A stretch of 64,000 bases of DNA from the human T2T-CHM13v2.0 reference genome, Homo sapiens: the NCBI RefSeq assembly GCF_009914755.1, contig NC_060939.1; one strand, 5' to 3'. This document shows, one piece after another, positions 39,312 through 63,455 of this stretch; the first letter of the stretch is position 1, and each line of letters opens with the position of its first letter. The notes beneath the pieces are model-generated. The model saw nothing but the letters and a program-made list of their open reading frames with translations, was not told where the DNA came from and made no database searches. The position numbers were made by a program, and so were the translations under genes.

Positions 39312-40080
39312 ATCAATCGTCTTCTTTTTAGTACGGATGTGCTCTCGCTTTATTGTCCATGCTCTGGGCACACGTGGTCTCTTTTCAAACTTCTATGATT
39401 ATTATTATTGTAGGCGTCATCTCACGTGTCGAGGTGATCTCGAACTTTTAGGCTCCAGAGATCCTCCCGCATCGGCCTCCCGGAGTGCTGTGATGACACG
39501 CGTGGGCACGGTACGCTCTGGTCGTGTTTGTCGTGGGTCGGTTCTTTCCGTTTTTAATACGGGGACTGCGAACGAAGAAAATTTCCAGACGCATCTCACC
39601 GATCCGCCTTTTCGTTCTTTCTTTTTATTCTCTTTAGACGGAGTTTCACTCTTGTCGCCCAGGGTGGAGTACGATGGCGGCTCTCGGCTCACCGCACCCT
39701 CCGCCTCCCAGGTTCAAGTGATTCTCCTGCCTCAGCCTTCCCGAGTAGCTGGAATGACAGAGATGAGCCATCGTGCCCGGCTAATTTTTCTATTTTTACT
39801 ACAGATGGGGTTTCTCCATCTTGGTCAGGCTGGTCTTCAACTTCCGACCGTTGGAGAATCTTAACTTTCTTGGTGGTGGTTGTTTTCCTTTTTCTTTTTT
39901 TTCTTTTCTTTTCTTTCCTTCTCCTCCCCCCCCACCCCCCCTTGTCGTCGTCCTCCTCCTCCTCCTCCTCCTCCTCCTCCTCCTCCTCCTCCTCCTCCTC
40001 CTCCTCTTTCATTTCTTTCAGCTGGGCTCTCCTACGTGTGTTGCTCTGTTGCTCACGCTGGTCTCAAACTCCTGGCCTTG
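38085..40080. mobile_element. Fragmented Alus interspersed with (CA)n, (GGGGT)n, (CCTT)n, (TG)n, (GCCT)n and (CCT)n microsatellites
   Basis: Alu segments at about 38085-38200, 38530-38630, 38960-39245, 39430-39510 and 39630-39845. Confidence 0.8.
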
Positions 40081-40952
40081 ACGCTTCTCCCGTCACATCC
40101 GCCGTCTGGTTGTTGAAATGAGCATCTCTCGTAAAATGGAAAAGATGAAAGAAATAAACACGAAGACGGAAAGCACGGTGTGAACGTTTCTCTTGCCGTC
40201 TCCCGGGGTGTACCTTGGACCCGGAAACACGGAGGGAGCTTGGCTGAGTGGGTTTTCGGTGCCGAAACCTCCCGAGGGCCTCCTTCCCTCTCCCCCTTGT
40301 CCCCGCTTCTCCCCCAGCCGAGGCTCCCACCGCCGCCCTGGCATTTTCCATAGGAGAGGTATGGGAGAGGACTGACACGCCTTCCAGATCTATATCCTGC
40401 CGGACGTCTCTGGCTCGGCGTGCCCCACCGGCTACCTGCCACCTTCCAGGGAGCTCTGAGGCGGATGCGACCCCCACCCCCCCGTCACGTCCCGCTACCC
40501 TCCCCCGGCTGGCCTTTGCCGGGCGACCCCAGGGGAACCGCGTTGATGCTGCCTTCGGATCCTCCGGCGAAGACTTCCACCGGATGCCCCGGGTGGGCCG
40601 GTTGGGATCAGACTGGACCACCCCGGACCGTGCTGTTCTTGGGGGTGGGTTGACGTACAGGGTGGACTGGCAGCCCCAGCATTGTAAAGGGTGCGTGGGT
40701 ATGGAAATGTCACCTAGGATGCCCTCCTTCCCTTCGGTCTGCCTTCAGCTGCCTCAGGCGTGAAGACAACTTCCCATCGGAACCTCTTCTCTTCCCTTTC
40801 TCCAGCACACAGATGAGACGCACGAGAGGGAGAAACAGCTCAATAGATACCGCTGACCTTCATTTGTGGAATCCTCAGTCATCGACACACAAGACAGGTG
40901 ACTAGGCAGGGACACAGATCAAACACTATTTCCGGGTCCTCGTGGTGGGATT

Positions 40953-40999
<47 letters not shown>

Positions 41000-41157
41000 C
41001 GCGCACGCGCGCACACACACACACAATTTCCATATCTAGTTCACAGAGCACACTCACTTCCCCTTTTCACAGTACGCAGGCTGAGTAAAACCCGCCCCAC
41101 CCTCCACCCGTTGGCTGACGAAACCCCTTCTCTACAATTTATGAAAAAGATGATCTG

Positions 41158-41669
41158 GGCCGGGCACGCTAGCTCACGCCTGTCACTCCGGCACTTTGGG
41201 AGGCCGAGGCGGGTGGATCGCTTGGGGCCGGGAGTTCGAGACCAGGCTGGCCGACGTGGCGAAACCCCGTCTCTCTGAAAAATAGAACGATTAGCCGGGC
41301 CTGGTGGCGTGGGCTTGGAATCACGACCGCTCGGGAGACTGGGGCGGGCGACTTGTTCCAACCGGGGAGGCCGAGGTTGCGATGAGCTGAGATCGTGCCG
41401 TGGCGATGCGGCCTGGATGACGGAGCGAGACCCCGTCTCGAGAGAATCATGATGTTATTATAAGATGAGTTGTGCGCGGTGATGGCCGCCTGTAGTCGCG
41501 GCTACTCGGGAGGCTGAGACGAGGAGAAGATCACTTGAGGCCCCACAGGTCGAGGCTTCGGTCGGCCGTGACCCACTGTATCCTGGGCAGTCACCGGTCA
41601 AGGAGATATGCCCCTTCCCCGTTTGCTTTTCTTTTCTTCCCTTCTCTTTTCTTCTTTTTGCTTCTCTTT

Positions 41670-41701
<32 letters not shown>

Positions 41702-42480
41702 TTTCTTTTTCTCTCTTCCCCTCTTTCTTTCCTGCCTTCCTGCCTTTCTTCTTTTCTTCTTTCCTCCCTTCCTCCCTTCCTTCTTTCCTCCCGCCTCAGC
41801 CTCCCAAAGTGCTGGGATGACTGGCGGGAGGCACCATGCCTGCTTGGCCCAAAGAGACCCTCTTGGAAAGTGAGACGCAGAGAGCGCCTTCCAGTGATCT
41901 CATTGACTGATTTAGAGACGGCATCTCGCTCCGTCACCCCGGCAGTGGTGCCGTCGTAACTCACTCCCTGCAGCGTGGACGCTCCTGGACTCGAGCGATC
42001 CTTCCACCTCAGCCTCCAGAGTACAGAGCCTGGGACCGCGGGCACGCGCCACTGTGCCCACACCGTTTTTAATTGTTTTTTTTTCCCCCGAGACAGAGTT
42101 TCACTCTCGTGGCCTAGACTGCAGTGCGGTGGCGCGATCTTGGCTCACCGCAACCTCTGCCTCCCGGTTTCAAGCGATTCTCCTGCATCGGCCTCCTGAG
42201 TAGCCGGGATTGCGGGCATGCGCTGCCACGTCTGGCTGATTTCGTATTTTTAGTGGAGACGGGGCTTCTCCATGTCGATCGGGCTGGTTTCGAACTCCCG
42301 ACCTCAGGTGATCCGCCCTCCCCGGCCTCCGGAAGTGCTGGGATGACAGGCGTGAGCCACCGCGCCCGGCCTTCATTTTTAAATGTTTTCCCACAGACGG
42401 GGTCTCATCATTTCTTTGCAACCCTCCTGCCCGGCGTCTCAAAGTGCTGGCGTGACGGGCGTGAGCCACTGCGCCTGGAC
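41158..42480. mobile_element. Alu cluster (+ 41158-41440, + fragment 41470-41600, - fragments 41790-42065, - full 42085-42372, - fragment 42395-42480)
   Basis: Alu consensus matches, unusually CpG-rich. Confidence 0.85.
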
Positions 42481-42519
42481 TCCGGGGAATGACTCACGAC
42501 CACCATCGCTCTACTGATC

Positions 42520-42578
<59 letters not shown>

Positions 42579-43049
42579 GATGAATTATCTTATGATTTAT
42601 TTGTGTACTTATTTTCAGACGGAGTCTCGCTCTGGGCGGGGCGAGGCGAGGCGAGGCACAGCGCATCGCTTTGGAAGCCGCGGCAACGCCTTTCAAAGCC
42701 CCATTCGTATGCACAGAGCCTTATTCCCTTCCTGGAGTTGGAGCTGATGCCTTCCGTAGCCTTGGGCTTCTCTCCATTCGGAAGCTTTGACAGGCGCAAC
42801 CCCACCCAGAGGCTGGCTGCGGCTGAGGATTAGGGGGTGTGTTGGGGCTGAAAACTGGGTCCCCTATTTTTGATACCTCAGCCGACACATCCCCCGACCG
42901 CCATCGCTTGCTCGCCCTCTGAGATCCCCCGCCTCCACCGCCTTGCAGGCTCACCTCTTACTTTCATTTCTTCCTTTCTTGCGTTTGAGGAGGGGGTGCG
43001 GGAATGAGGGTGTGTGTGGGGAGGGGGTGCGGGGTGGGGACGGAGGGGA

Positions 43050-46500
<3,451 letters not shown>

Positions 46501-46501
46501 G

Positions 46502-51051
<4,550 letters not shown>

Positions 51052-52616
51052 TGTGAAGGCCGGACGCAACACGGCGAAACCCCGTCTCTACTAAAAATAC
51101 AAAGCTGAGTCGGGAGCGGTGGGGCAGGCCCCTGTAATGCCAGCTCCTCGGGAGGCTGAGGCGGGAGAATCGCTTGAACCAGGGAAGCGGAGGCTGCAGG
51201 GAGCCGAGATCGCGCCACTGCACTACGGCCCAGGCTGTAGAGTGAGTGAGACTCGGTCTCTAAATAAATACGGAAATTAATTAATTCATTAATTCTTTTC
51301 CCTGCTGACGGACATTTGCAGGCAGGCATCGGTTGTCTTCGGGCATCACCTAGCGGCCACTGTTATTGAAAGTCGACGTGACACGGAGGGAGGTCTCGCC
51401 GACTTCACCGAGCCTGGGGCAACGGGTTTCTCTCTCTCCCTTCTGGAGGCCCCTCCCTCTCTCCCTCGTTGCCTAGGGAACCTCGCCTAGGGAACCTCCG
51501 CCCTGGCGGGGGCCCTATTGTTCTTTGATCGGCGCTTTACTTTTCTTTGTGTTTTGGCGCCTAGACTCTTCTACTTGGGCTTTGGGAAGGGTCAGTTTAA
51601 TTTTCAAGTTGCCCCCCGGCTCCCCCCACTACCCACGTCCCTTCACCTTAATTTAGTGAGTCGGTTAGGTGGGTTTCCCCCAAACCGCCCCCCCCCCCCC
51701 GCCTCCCAACACCCTGCTTGGAAACCTTCCAGAGCCACCCCGGTGTGCCTCCGTCTTCTCTCCCCTTCCCCCACCCCTTGCCGGCGATCTCATTCTTGCC
51801 AGGCTGACATTTGCATCGGTGGGCGTCAGGCCTCACTCGGGGGCCACCGTTTTTGAAGATGGGGGCGGCACGGTCCCACTTCCCCGGAGGCAGCTTGGGC
51901 CGATGGCATAGCCCCTTGACCCGCGTGGGCAAGCGGGCGGGTCTGCAGTTGTGAGGCTTTTCCCCCCGCTGCTTCCCGCCTCAGGCCTCCCTCCCTAGGA
52001 AAGCTTCACCCTGGCTGGGTCTCGGTCACCTTTTATCACGATGTTTTAGTTTCTCCGCCCTCCGGCCAGCAGAGTTTCACAATGCGAAGGGCGCCACGGC
52101 TCTAGTCTGGGCCTTCTCAGTACTTGCCCAAAATAGAAACGCTTTCTGAAAACTAATAACTTTGCTCACTTAAGATTTCCAGGGACGGCGCCTTGGCCCG
52201 TGTTTGTTGGCTTGTTTTGTTTCGTTCTGTTTTGTTTTGTTCGTGTTTTTCCTTTCTCGTATGTCTTTCTTTTCAGGTGAAGTAGAAATCCCCAGTTTTC
52301 AGGAAGACGTCTATTTTCCCCAAGACACGTTAGCTGCCGTTTTTTCCTGTTGTGAACTAGCGCTTTTGTGACTCTCTCAACGTGCAGTGAGAGCCGGTTG
52401 ATGTTTACTATCCTTCATCATGACATCTTATTTTCTAGAAATCCGTAGGCGAATGCTGCTGCTGCTCTTGTTGCTGTTGTTGTTGTTGTTGTTGTCGTCG
52501 TTGCTGTTGTCGTTGTCGTTGTTGTTGTCGTTGTCGTTGTTTTCAAAGTATACCCCGGCCACCGTTTATGGGATCAAAAGCATTATAAAATATGTGTGAT
52601 TATTTCTTGAGCACGC

Positions 52617-53214
52617 CCTTCCTCCCCCTCTCTCTGTCTCTCTGTCTGTCTCTGTCTCTCTCTTTCTCTGTCTGTCTTCTCTCTCTCTCTCTCTCTGTGT
52701 CTCTCTCTCTCTGCCTGTCTGTTTCTCTCTCTCTGCCTCTCTCTCTCTCTCTCTCTCTGCCTGTCTCTCTCACTGTGTCTGTCTTCTGTCTTACTCCCTT
52801 TCTCTGTCTGTCTGTCGGTCTCTCTCTCTCTCTCTCCCTGTCTGTATGTTTCTCTCTGTCTCTGTCTCTCTCTCTCTTTCTGTTTCTCTCTCTCCGTCTC
52901 TGTCTTTCTCTGACTGTCTCTCTCTTTCCTTCTCTCTGTCTCTCTCTGCCTGTCTCTCTCACTCTGTCTTCTGTCTTACTCTCTCTCTCTGCCTGCCTGT
53001 CTCTCTCACTCTCTCTCTCTGTGTGTCTCTCTCTCTCTTTCTGTTTCTCTCTGTCTCTCTGTCCGTCTCTGTCTTTCTCTGTCTGTCTCTTTGTCTGTCT
53101 GTCTTTGTCTTTCCTTCTCTCTGTCTCTGTCTCTCTCACTGTGTCTGTCTTCTGTCTTAGTCTCTCTCTCTCTCTCTCCCTGTCTGTCTGTCTCTCTCTC
53201 TCTCTCCCCCTGTC

Positions 53215-53259
<45 letters not shown>

Positions 53260-53532
53260 TTGTCTTTCTTTCTGTCTCTGTCTCTCTCTCTCTCTCTGTG
53301 TGTCTGTCTTCTGTCTTACTGTCTTTCTCTGCCTGTCTGTCTGTCTGTCTCTCTCTGTCTGTCTCTCTCTCTCTCTCCCCCCTGTCGGCTGTTTCTCTGT
53401 CTCTGTCTGTGTCTCTCTTTCTGTCTGTTTCTCTCTGTCTGTCTTTCTCTCTCTGTCTCTTTCTCTCTGTCTCTCTGTCTGTCTCTGTCTCTCTCTCTGT
53501 CTCTCTCTCTCTGTGGGGGGGTGTGTGTGTGT

Positions 53533-53569
<37 letters not shown>

Positions 53570-53820
53570 TGCCTTCTGTCTTACTCTCTTTCTCTGCCTG
53601 TCTGTCTGCCTGTCTGTTTGTCTCTCTCTCTCTGCCTGTCTCTCTCCCTTCCTGTCTGTTTCTCTCTCTTTCTGTTTCTCTCTGTCTCTGTCCATCTCTG
53701 TCTTTCTCCGTCTGTCTCTTTATCTGTCTCTCTCCGTCTGTCTCTTTATCTGTCTCTCTCTCTCTTTCTGTCTTTCTCTCTCTGTGTATCGTTGTCTCTC
53801 TCTGTCTGTCTCTGTCTCTG

Positions 53821-53853
<33 letters not shown>

Positions 53854-53911
53854 GTCTGTCTGTCCGTCTGTCTGTCTCGGTCTCTGGCTCTCGCTATCTC
53901 CCGCCCTCTCT
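52617..53911 (+). repeat. Third polypyrimidine block, second IGS
   Basis: Copy at +43949. Confidence 0.9.
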
Positions 53912-55196
53912 TTTTTTGCAAAAGAAGCTCAAGTACATCTAATCTAATCCCTTACCAAGGCCTGAATTCTTCACTTCTGACATCCCAGATTTGATCTCCC
54001 TACAGAATGCTGTACAGAACTGGCGAGTTGATTTCTGGACTTGGATACCTCATAGAAACTACATATGAATAAAGATCCAATCCTAAAATCTGGGGTGGCT
54101 TCTCCCTCGACTGTCTCGAAAAATCGTACCTCTGTTCCCCTAGGATGCCGGAAGAGTTTTCTCAATGTGCATCTGCCCGTGTCCTAAGTGATCTGTGACC
54201 GAGCCCTGTCCGTCCTGTCTCAAATATGTACGTGCAAACACTTCTCTCCATTTCCACAACTACCCACGGCCCCTTGTGGAACCACTGGCTCTTTGAAAAA
54301 AATCCCAGAAGTGGTTTTGGCTTTTTGGCTAGGAGGCCTAAGCCTGCTGAGAACTTTCCTGCCCAGGATCCTGTGTGACCAAAAGTGCCTCTGCTGGGAG
54401 CTGGGATCCTCGGGACCATGCTTGCTAGCGCTGGATGAGTCTCTGGAAGGACGCACGGGACTCCGCAAAGCTGACCTGTCCCACCGAGGTCAAATGGATA
54501 CCTCTGCATTGGCCCGAGGCCTCCGAAGTACATCACCGTCACCAACCGTCACCGTCAGCATCCTTGTGAGCCTGCCCAAGGCCCCGCCTCCGGGGAGACT
54601 CTTGGGAGCCCGGCCTTCGTCGGCTAAAGTCCAAAGGGATGGTGACTTCCACCCACAAGGTCCCCACTGAACGGCGAAGATGTGGAGCGTAGGTCAGAGA
54701 GGGGACCAGGAGGGGAGACGTCCCGACAGGCGACGAGTTCCCAAGGCTCTGGCCACCCCACCCACGCCCCACGCCCCACGTCCCGGGCACCCGCGGGACA
54801 CCGCCGCTTTATCCCCTCCTCTGTCCACAGCCGGCCCCACCCCACCACGCAACCCACGCACACACGCTGGAGGTTCCAAAACCACACGGTGTGACTAGAG
54901 CCTGACGGAGCGAGAGCCCATTTCACGAGGTGGGAGGGGTGGGGGTGGGGTGGGTTGGGGGTTGTGGGGTCTGTGGCGAGCCCGATTCTCCCTCTTGGGT
55001 GGCTACAGGCTAGAAATGAATATCGCTTCTTGGGCGGAGGGGCTTCCTTAGGCCATCACCGCTTGCGGGACTACCTCTCAAACCCTCCCTTGAGGCCACA
55101 AAATAGATTCCACCCCACCCATCGACGTTTCCCCCGGGTGCTGGATGTATCCTGTCAAGAGACCTGAGCCTGACACCGTCGAATTAAACACCTTGA

Positions 55197-55430
<234 letters not shown>

Positions 55431-55475
55431 TAGATTCGAGCCACACCTCATTCCGTGCCACAGAGAGACTTCTTT

Positions 55476-58400
55476 TTTTTTTTTTTTTTAAGCGCAACGC
55501 AACATGTCTGCCTTATTTGAGTGGCTTCCTATATCATTATAATTGTGTTATAGATGAAGAAACGGTATTAAACACTGTGCTAATGATAGTGAAAGTGAAG
55601 ACAAAAGAAAGGCTATCTATTTTGTGGTTAGAATAAAGTTGCTCAGTATTTAGAGCTACCTAAATACGTCAGCATTTACACTCTTCCTAGTAAAAGCTGG
55701 CCAATCTGAATAATCCTCCTTTAAACAAACACAATTTTTGATAGGGTTAAGATTTTTTTAAGAATGCGACTCCTGCAAAATAGCTGAACAGACGATACAC
55801 ATTTAAAAAAATAACAACACAAGGATCAACCAGACTTGGGAAAAAATCGAAAACCACACAAGTCTTATGAAGAACTGAGTTCTTAAAATAGGACGGAGAA
55901 CGTAGCTATCGGAAGAGAAGGCAGTATTGGCAAGTTGATTGTTACGTTGGTCAGCAGTAGCTGGCACTATCTTTTTGGCCATCTTTCGGGCAATGTAACT
56001 ACTACAGCAAAATGAGATATGATCCATGAAACAACATATTCGCAAATCAAAAAGTGTTTCAGTAATATAATGCTTCAGATTTAGAAGCAAATCAAATGAT
56101 AGAACTCCACTGCTGTAATAAGTCACCCCAAAGATCACCGTATCTGACAAAATAACTACCACAGGGTTATGACTTCAGAATCATACTTTCTCTTGATATT
56201 TACTTATGTATGTATTTATTTTTTTTAATTTATTTCTCTTGAGACGGCGTCTCGCTCTGTCGCCCAGGCTGGAGTGCGATGGTGTGATCTCGGCTCACTG
56301 CAACCGCCACCTCCCTGGGTTCAAGCGATTCTCCTGCCTCAGCCTCCCGAGTAGCTGGGACTACAGGTGCCCGCCACCACGCCCAGCTAATCTTTATACT
56401 TTTAATAGAGACGGGGTTTCACCGTGTCGGCCCGGATGGTCTCGATCTCTTGACCTCGTGACCCGCCCGCCTCGGCCTCCCAAAGTGCTGGGATGACAGG
56501 CGTGAGCCACTGAGCCCGGCCTTCTCTTGACGTTTAAACTATGAAGTCAGTCCAGAGAAACGCAATAAATGTCAACGGTGAGGATGGTGTTGAGGCAGAA
56601 GTAGGACCACACTTTTTCCTATCTTATTCAGTTGATAACAATATGACCTAGGTAGTAATTTCCTATGTGCCTACTTATACACGAGTACAAAAGAGTAAAA
56701 CAGAGAGACTGCTAAATTAAAGGGTACGTGAAGTTCTTCATAGTAACTCCGTAAACTGGAACACTGTCAAAAAGCAGCAGCTAGTGAATTGTTTCCATGT
56801 ATTTTTCTATGATCCAATAAGTGAACTATGCTATTCCTTTCCAGTCTCCCAAGCACTTCTTGTCCCCATCACCACTTCGGTGCTCGAAGAAAAAGTAACA
56901 AATCAAGGAACACAACTAAAGAAACACACACACAAACCAAAGACAACTACAGCGTCTGCAAAAGTTTGCTAGAAGACTGAAACTGTTGAGTATAAGGATC
57001 TGGTATTCTACGATGATCATGAGTTCACTTCAGAGTTTGTTCAAGACATACGTTTCGTAAGGAAACATCTTAGTTAGAAGTTATTCAGCAGTAGGTACCA
57101 TCCCTAAGTATTTTTCACCAAATTCGTGACAATAAAGAGCTATCTAACCAGAAAAATTAGCGAGTACCGGCACCATCCATAGGGCTTTGTCTTTACGCTT
57201 CATTAGCACTTACCATGCCTTACAATGTCTAGGATTGACCCTGATAGCATTTCGAAAACAAGCTAATGCTTTGTCCAGTTCTTCAGTGAAGACAAGCTCA
57301 CGCCCTAATGCGCTATAGGCATAAGCATCATTTGGATCCACTTCGAGAGTTCTCTGGAAGAATTGAATCGCAATATCGTGTTCCCGTTGCAGACCGAAAC
57401 AGTTCCCTGCAGCACACCAGGCCTCTGGCTGGCGAATTTTTATCCATGTCTGTGAAGTCTTTGGACAGAACTGAAAGAGCAACCTCTTTCGGAGGATGCC
57501 AAAGTGTTGTAGAGTAGATCTCCATGCCTTCGACTCTGTAATTCTCAATCCTCCTAACCTCTGAGAATTGTCTTTCAGCTTGCGTGGACTCTGAAAGTTT
57601 ACAATAGGCCCTTCCGATTTGGCACAGTACCCAACCGGTATTGCAGTGGTGAGAAGCTAGATGGCTCAAGATGCTGATAGCTTCTTTGCCGTGGTAAGAA
57701 CACAAAGCTAAATAACCTTTCCCCCTTTCACGAAGAAGGCTCATCAAGCCTTCCGCTGCTGCTTTTTGTAGATTAAAAGCCTGAATCTGAGGCGCGATTG
57801 CGGCTATTTTCCCTTCTGAAATGACGGAAGAGTCCAATTTTGTCACTTCCAGGCTATCACTTATGTTCGGTGGAGTTATTGCTCCTTTATTAGTTTTACT
57901 TTTGGTTCTTCTGTTTGGGATTTTAGGTGGAAACTTCATTTTTAATTTTCTCCTATTCTCCTCGGTTGTGGAGCTGTCACTAGTCAAGAGTCGTGAATTT
58001 CTTCGAGGCGGTGCATTTGGGGGAGATGCCATAGTGGGGCTCAATACCTGAGGTGTTGCCCTTGTCGGCGGACCAGAACTTTGTGTTTTTGCAAGGACTG
58101 GAGTTACCTTTCGGCTCTTTCCCCTCTGCGAGAAGACAGACGGTGTTCCGGTTTGGCCGATTCTGGCAACAGGCTTTTCTGAAGGGGCTCCGGTGGATGG
58201 CACGTCAATGACAGACGGTGTCTCATACCAGTGCAGTTTTGTCAATAGGGTCCGTCTCCGGGACTTGGGGTTTCTAATGGCAAAATGCCAACACTTGGGG
58301 TTAATGGACTAACAGCTGCTGGTCCTCCTAATAAACTTCGACCAGTTTTTGGTTTATGTTGAACCTGTTTAGATCATATGGAAGTTCCTGTTCCCAGTGG

Positions 58401-59274
58401 GACAGTATCAGGTGAAAGGACAGCTGAATCGATAGAAGACACTGGGGAGTCTGTATTCAAGGAGTACTTTGAATTGGAAGATTCTAAATTCCATCCGTTT
58501 CATTCGACGGTGTCCTGGGGTGTTTCCGTAAGAACGGTCTCGGGCTGTCTGTGACATAAACTAGGACGAGGTCCAAGTGTTGTGGCGCAACACTTGGACA
58601 GGCAGTTGCTAAAGCTCTCTAGAGAGGTGAATCAAAATGTTTGGTCAGGATCTGGCTTTTCCCCCCTATTTCACATCATGATTCAAAGGGACACCAGAGG
58701 AAAGGATTTCAACGAAGGCTCTTTTGGTCACATTCTGATCCTTTGGTAAGCCGATCTGTCTTGCAATATACATGTCCCGACGATGGAAGGGGAAAGCGAG
58801 CTGAATCACCAAACTCAGGAACGATAATATCATCGTGGCTTTTCTGCTTATGAAACACTCCACCCGATAAGATTTGATCCCCTTCTGCAAGCTTGCTGAG
58901 ATCAACACAACATTTCGCAAGCAGGCATTTGCATTGCGGGGTAGTACAACTGTGTCCTTTCAAGAGTCTATATGTTTTATAGGCCTTTCCTGAGCGGTAA
59001 GAACAGGTCGCCAGTAAGAACAAGGCTTCTTCTGAGTGTACTTCTGCATAAAGGCGTTCTGCGGGGGAAACCGCATCTCGGTAGGCATAGTGGTTTAGTG
59101 CTTGCCATATAGCAGCCTGGACGGGTCCCTGCAGCACCGCCATCCTCGAGGCTCAGGCCCACTTTCTGCAGTGCCACAGGCACCCCCCCCCCCCCCCATA
59201 GCGGCTCCGGCCCGGCCAGCCTCGGCTCATTTAAAGGCACCAGCCGCCGTTACCGGGGGATGGGGGAGTCCGAG
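55476..59274 (-). pseudogene. CDC27: CDC27 processed pseudogene, second IGS copy
   Basis: Identical ORF fragments at +43949. Confidence 0.93.
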
Positions 59275-60064
59275 ACAGAATGACTTCTTTATCCTGCTGA
59301 CTCTGGAAAGCCCGGCGCCTTGTGATCCATTGCAAACCGAGAGTCACCTCGTGTTTAGAACACGGATCCACTCCCAAGTTCAGTGGGGGGATGTGAGGGG
59401 TGTGGCAGGTAGGACGAAGGACTCTCTTCCTTCTGATTCGGTCTGCACAGTGGGGCCTAGGGCTGGAGCTCTCTCCGTGCGGACCGCTGACTCCCTCTAC
59501 CTTGGGTTCCCTCGGCCCCACCCTGGAACGCCGGGCCTTGGCAGATTCTGGCCCTTCCTGGCCCTTCAGTCGCTGTCAGAAACCCCATCTCATGCTCGGA
59601 TGCCCCGAGTGACTGTGGCTCGCACCTCTCCGGAAACATTGGAAATCTCTCCTCTACGCGCGGCCACCTGAAACCACAGGAGCTCGGGACACACGTGCTT
59701 TCGGGAGAGAATGCTGAGAGTCTCTTGCCGACTCTCTCTTGACTTGAGTTCTTCGTGGGTGCGTGGTTAAGACGTAGTGAGACCAGATGTATTAACTCAG
59801 GCCGGGTGCTGGTGGCTCACGCCTGTAACCCCAACACTTTGGGAGGCCGAGGCCGTAGGATCCCTCGAGGAATCGCCTAACCCTGGGGAGGTTGAGGTTG
59901 CAGTGAGTGAGCCATAGTTGTGTCACTGTGCTCCAGTCTGGGCGAAAGACAGAATGAGGCCCTGCCACAGGCAGGCAGGCAGGCAGGCAGGCAGAAAGAC
60001 AACAGCTGTATTATGTTCTTCTCAGGGTAGGAAGCAAAAATAACAGAATACAGCACTTAATTAA

Positions 60065-60187
<123 letters not shown>

Positions 60188-60409
60188 TGAGTAGCTGGGA
60201 TTACAGGGAGGAGCCACCACACCCAGCTGATTTTGTATTGTTAGTAGAGACGGCATTTCTCCATGTGGGTCAGGCTGGTCTCGAACTGGCGACCCCAGTG
60301 GATCTGCCCGCCCCGGCCTCCCAAAGTGCTGGGGTGACAGGCGTGAGCCATCGTGACTGGCCGGCTACGTTTATTTATTTATTTTTTTAATTATTTTACT
60401 TTTTTTTAG

Positions 60410-60668
<259 letters not shown>

Positions 60669-61926
60669 TAGCCAGGATGGTCTCGATCTCCTGACCCCGT
60701 GATCCGTCCACCTCGGCCTCCCAAAGTGCTGGGATGACAGGCGTGAGCCACCGCCCCCGGCCTATTTATCTATTTATTAACTTTGAGTCCAGGTTATGAA
60801 ACCAGTTAGTTTTTGTAATTTTTTTTTTTTTTTTTTTTTTTTGAGACGAGGTTTCACCGTGTTGCCAAGGCTTGGACCGAGGGATCCACCGGCCCTCGGC
60901 CTCCCAAAAGTGCGGGGATGACAGGCGCGAGCCTACCGCGCCCGGACCCCCCCTTTCCCCTTCCCCCGCTTGTCTTCCCGACAGACAGTTTCACGGCAGA
61001 GCGTTTGGCTGGCGTGCTTAAACTCATTCTAAATAGAAATTTGGGACGTCAGCTTCTGGCCTCACGGACTCTGAGCCGAGGAGTCCCCTGGTCTGTCTAT
61101 CACAGGACCGTACACGTAAGGAGGAGAAAAATCGTAACGTTCAAAGTCAGTCATTTTGTGATACAGAAATACACGGATTCACCCAAAACACAGAAAGCAG
61201 TCTTTTAGAAATGGCCTTAGCCCTGGTGTCCGTGCCAGTGATTCTTTTCGGTTTGGACCTTGACTGAGAGGATTCCCAGTCGGTCTCTCGTCTCTGGACG
61301 GAAGTTCCAGATGATCCGATGGGTGGGGGACTTAGGCTGCGTCCCCCCAGGAGCCCTGGTCGATTAGTTGTGGGGATCGCCTTGGAGGGCGCGGTGACCC
61401 ACTGTGCTGTGGGAGCCTCCATCCTTCCCCCCACCCCCTCCCCAGGGGATCCCAATTCATTCCGGGCTGACACGCTCACTGGCAGGCGTCGGGCATCACC
61501 TAGCGGTCACTGTTACTCTGAAAACGGAGGCCTCACAGAGGAAGGGAGCACCAGGCCGCCTGCGCACAGCCTGGGGCAACTGTGTCTTCTCCACCGCCCC
61601 CGCCCCCACCTCCAAGTTCCTCCCTCCCTTGTTGCCTAGGAAATCGCCACTTTGACGACCGGGTCTGATTGACCTTTGATCAGGCAAAAACGAACAAACA
61701 GATAAATAAATAAAATAACACAAAAGTAACTAACTAAATAAAATAAGTCAATACAACCCATTACAATACAATAAGATACGATACGATAGGATGCGATAGG
61801 ATACGATAGGATACAATACAATACGATACGATACGATACAATACAATACAATACAATACAATACAATACAATACAATACAATACAATACAATACAATACG
61901 CCGGGCGCGGTGGCTCATGCCTGTCA

Positions 61927-62178
<252 letters not shown>

Positions 62179-62442
62179 TCAAAAATAAATACATAAATAA
62201 ATACATACATACATACATACATACATACATACATAAATTAAAATAAATAAATAAAATAAAATAAATAAATGGGCCCTGCGCGGTGGCTCAAGCCTGTCAT
62301 CCCCTCACTTTGGGAGGCCAAGGCCGGTGGATCAAGAGGCGGTCAGACCAACAGGGCCAGTATGGTGAAACCCCGTCTCTACTCACAATACACAACATTA
62401 GCCGGGCGCTGTGCTGTGCTGTACTGTCTGTAATCCCAGCTA

Positions 62443-62736
<294 letters not shown>

Positions 62737-63008
62737 TTAACTTCATTTTATGTTATTATCATGATTGATGTTTCGAGACGGAGTCTCGGAGGCCCGCCCT
62801 CCCTGGTTGCCCAGACAACCCCGGGAGACAGACCCTGGCTGGGCCCGATTGTTCTTCTCCTTGGTCAGGGGTTTCCTTGTCTTTCTTCGTGTCTTTAACC
62901 CGCGTGGACTCTTCCGCTCGGGTTTGACAGATGGCAGCTCCACTTTAGGCCTTGTTGTTGTTGGGGACTTTCCTGATTCTCCCCAGATGTAGTGAAAGCA
63001 GGTAGATT

Positions 63009-63038
63009 TGCCTTGCCTGGACTTGCCTGGCCTTGCCT
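63009..63038 (+). promoter_or_regulatory. p53 RGC element, second copy
   Basis: Same three decamers. Confidence 0.88.
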
Positions 63039-63402
63039 TTTCTTTCTTTCTTTCTTTATTACTTTCTCTTTTTCTTCTTCTTCTTCTTCTTCTTCTTCTT
63101 CTTCTTCTTCTTTTTTTTTTTGAGACAGAGTTTCACTCTTGTTGCCCAGGCTAGAGGGCAATGGTGCGATCTCGGCTCACCGCACCCTCCGCCTCCCAGG
63201 TTCAAGCGATTCTCCTGCCTCAGCCTCCTGATTAGCTGGGATTACAGGCATGGGCCACCGTGCCTGGCTGATGTTTGTACTTTTAGTAGAGACGGTGTTT
63301 TTCCATGTTGGTCAGGCTGGTCTCCCACTCCCAACCTCAGGTGGTCCGCCTGCCTTAGCCTCCCAAAGTGCTGGGATGACAGGCGTGAGCCACCGCGCCC
63401 AG

Positions 63403-63455
<53 letters not shown>
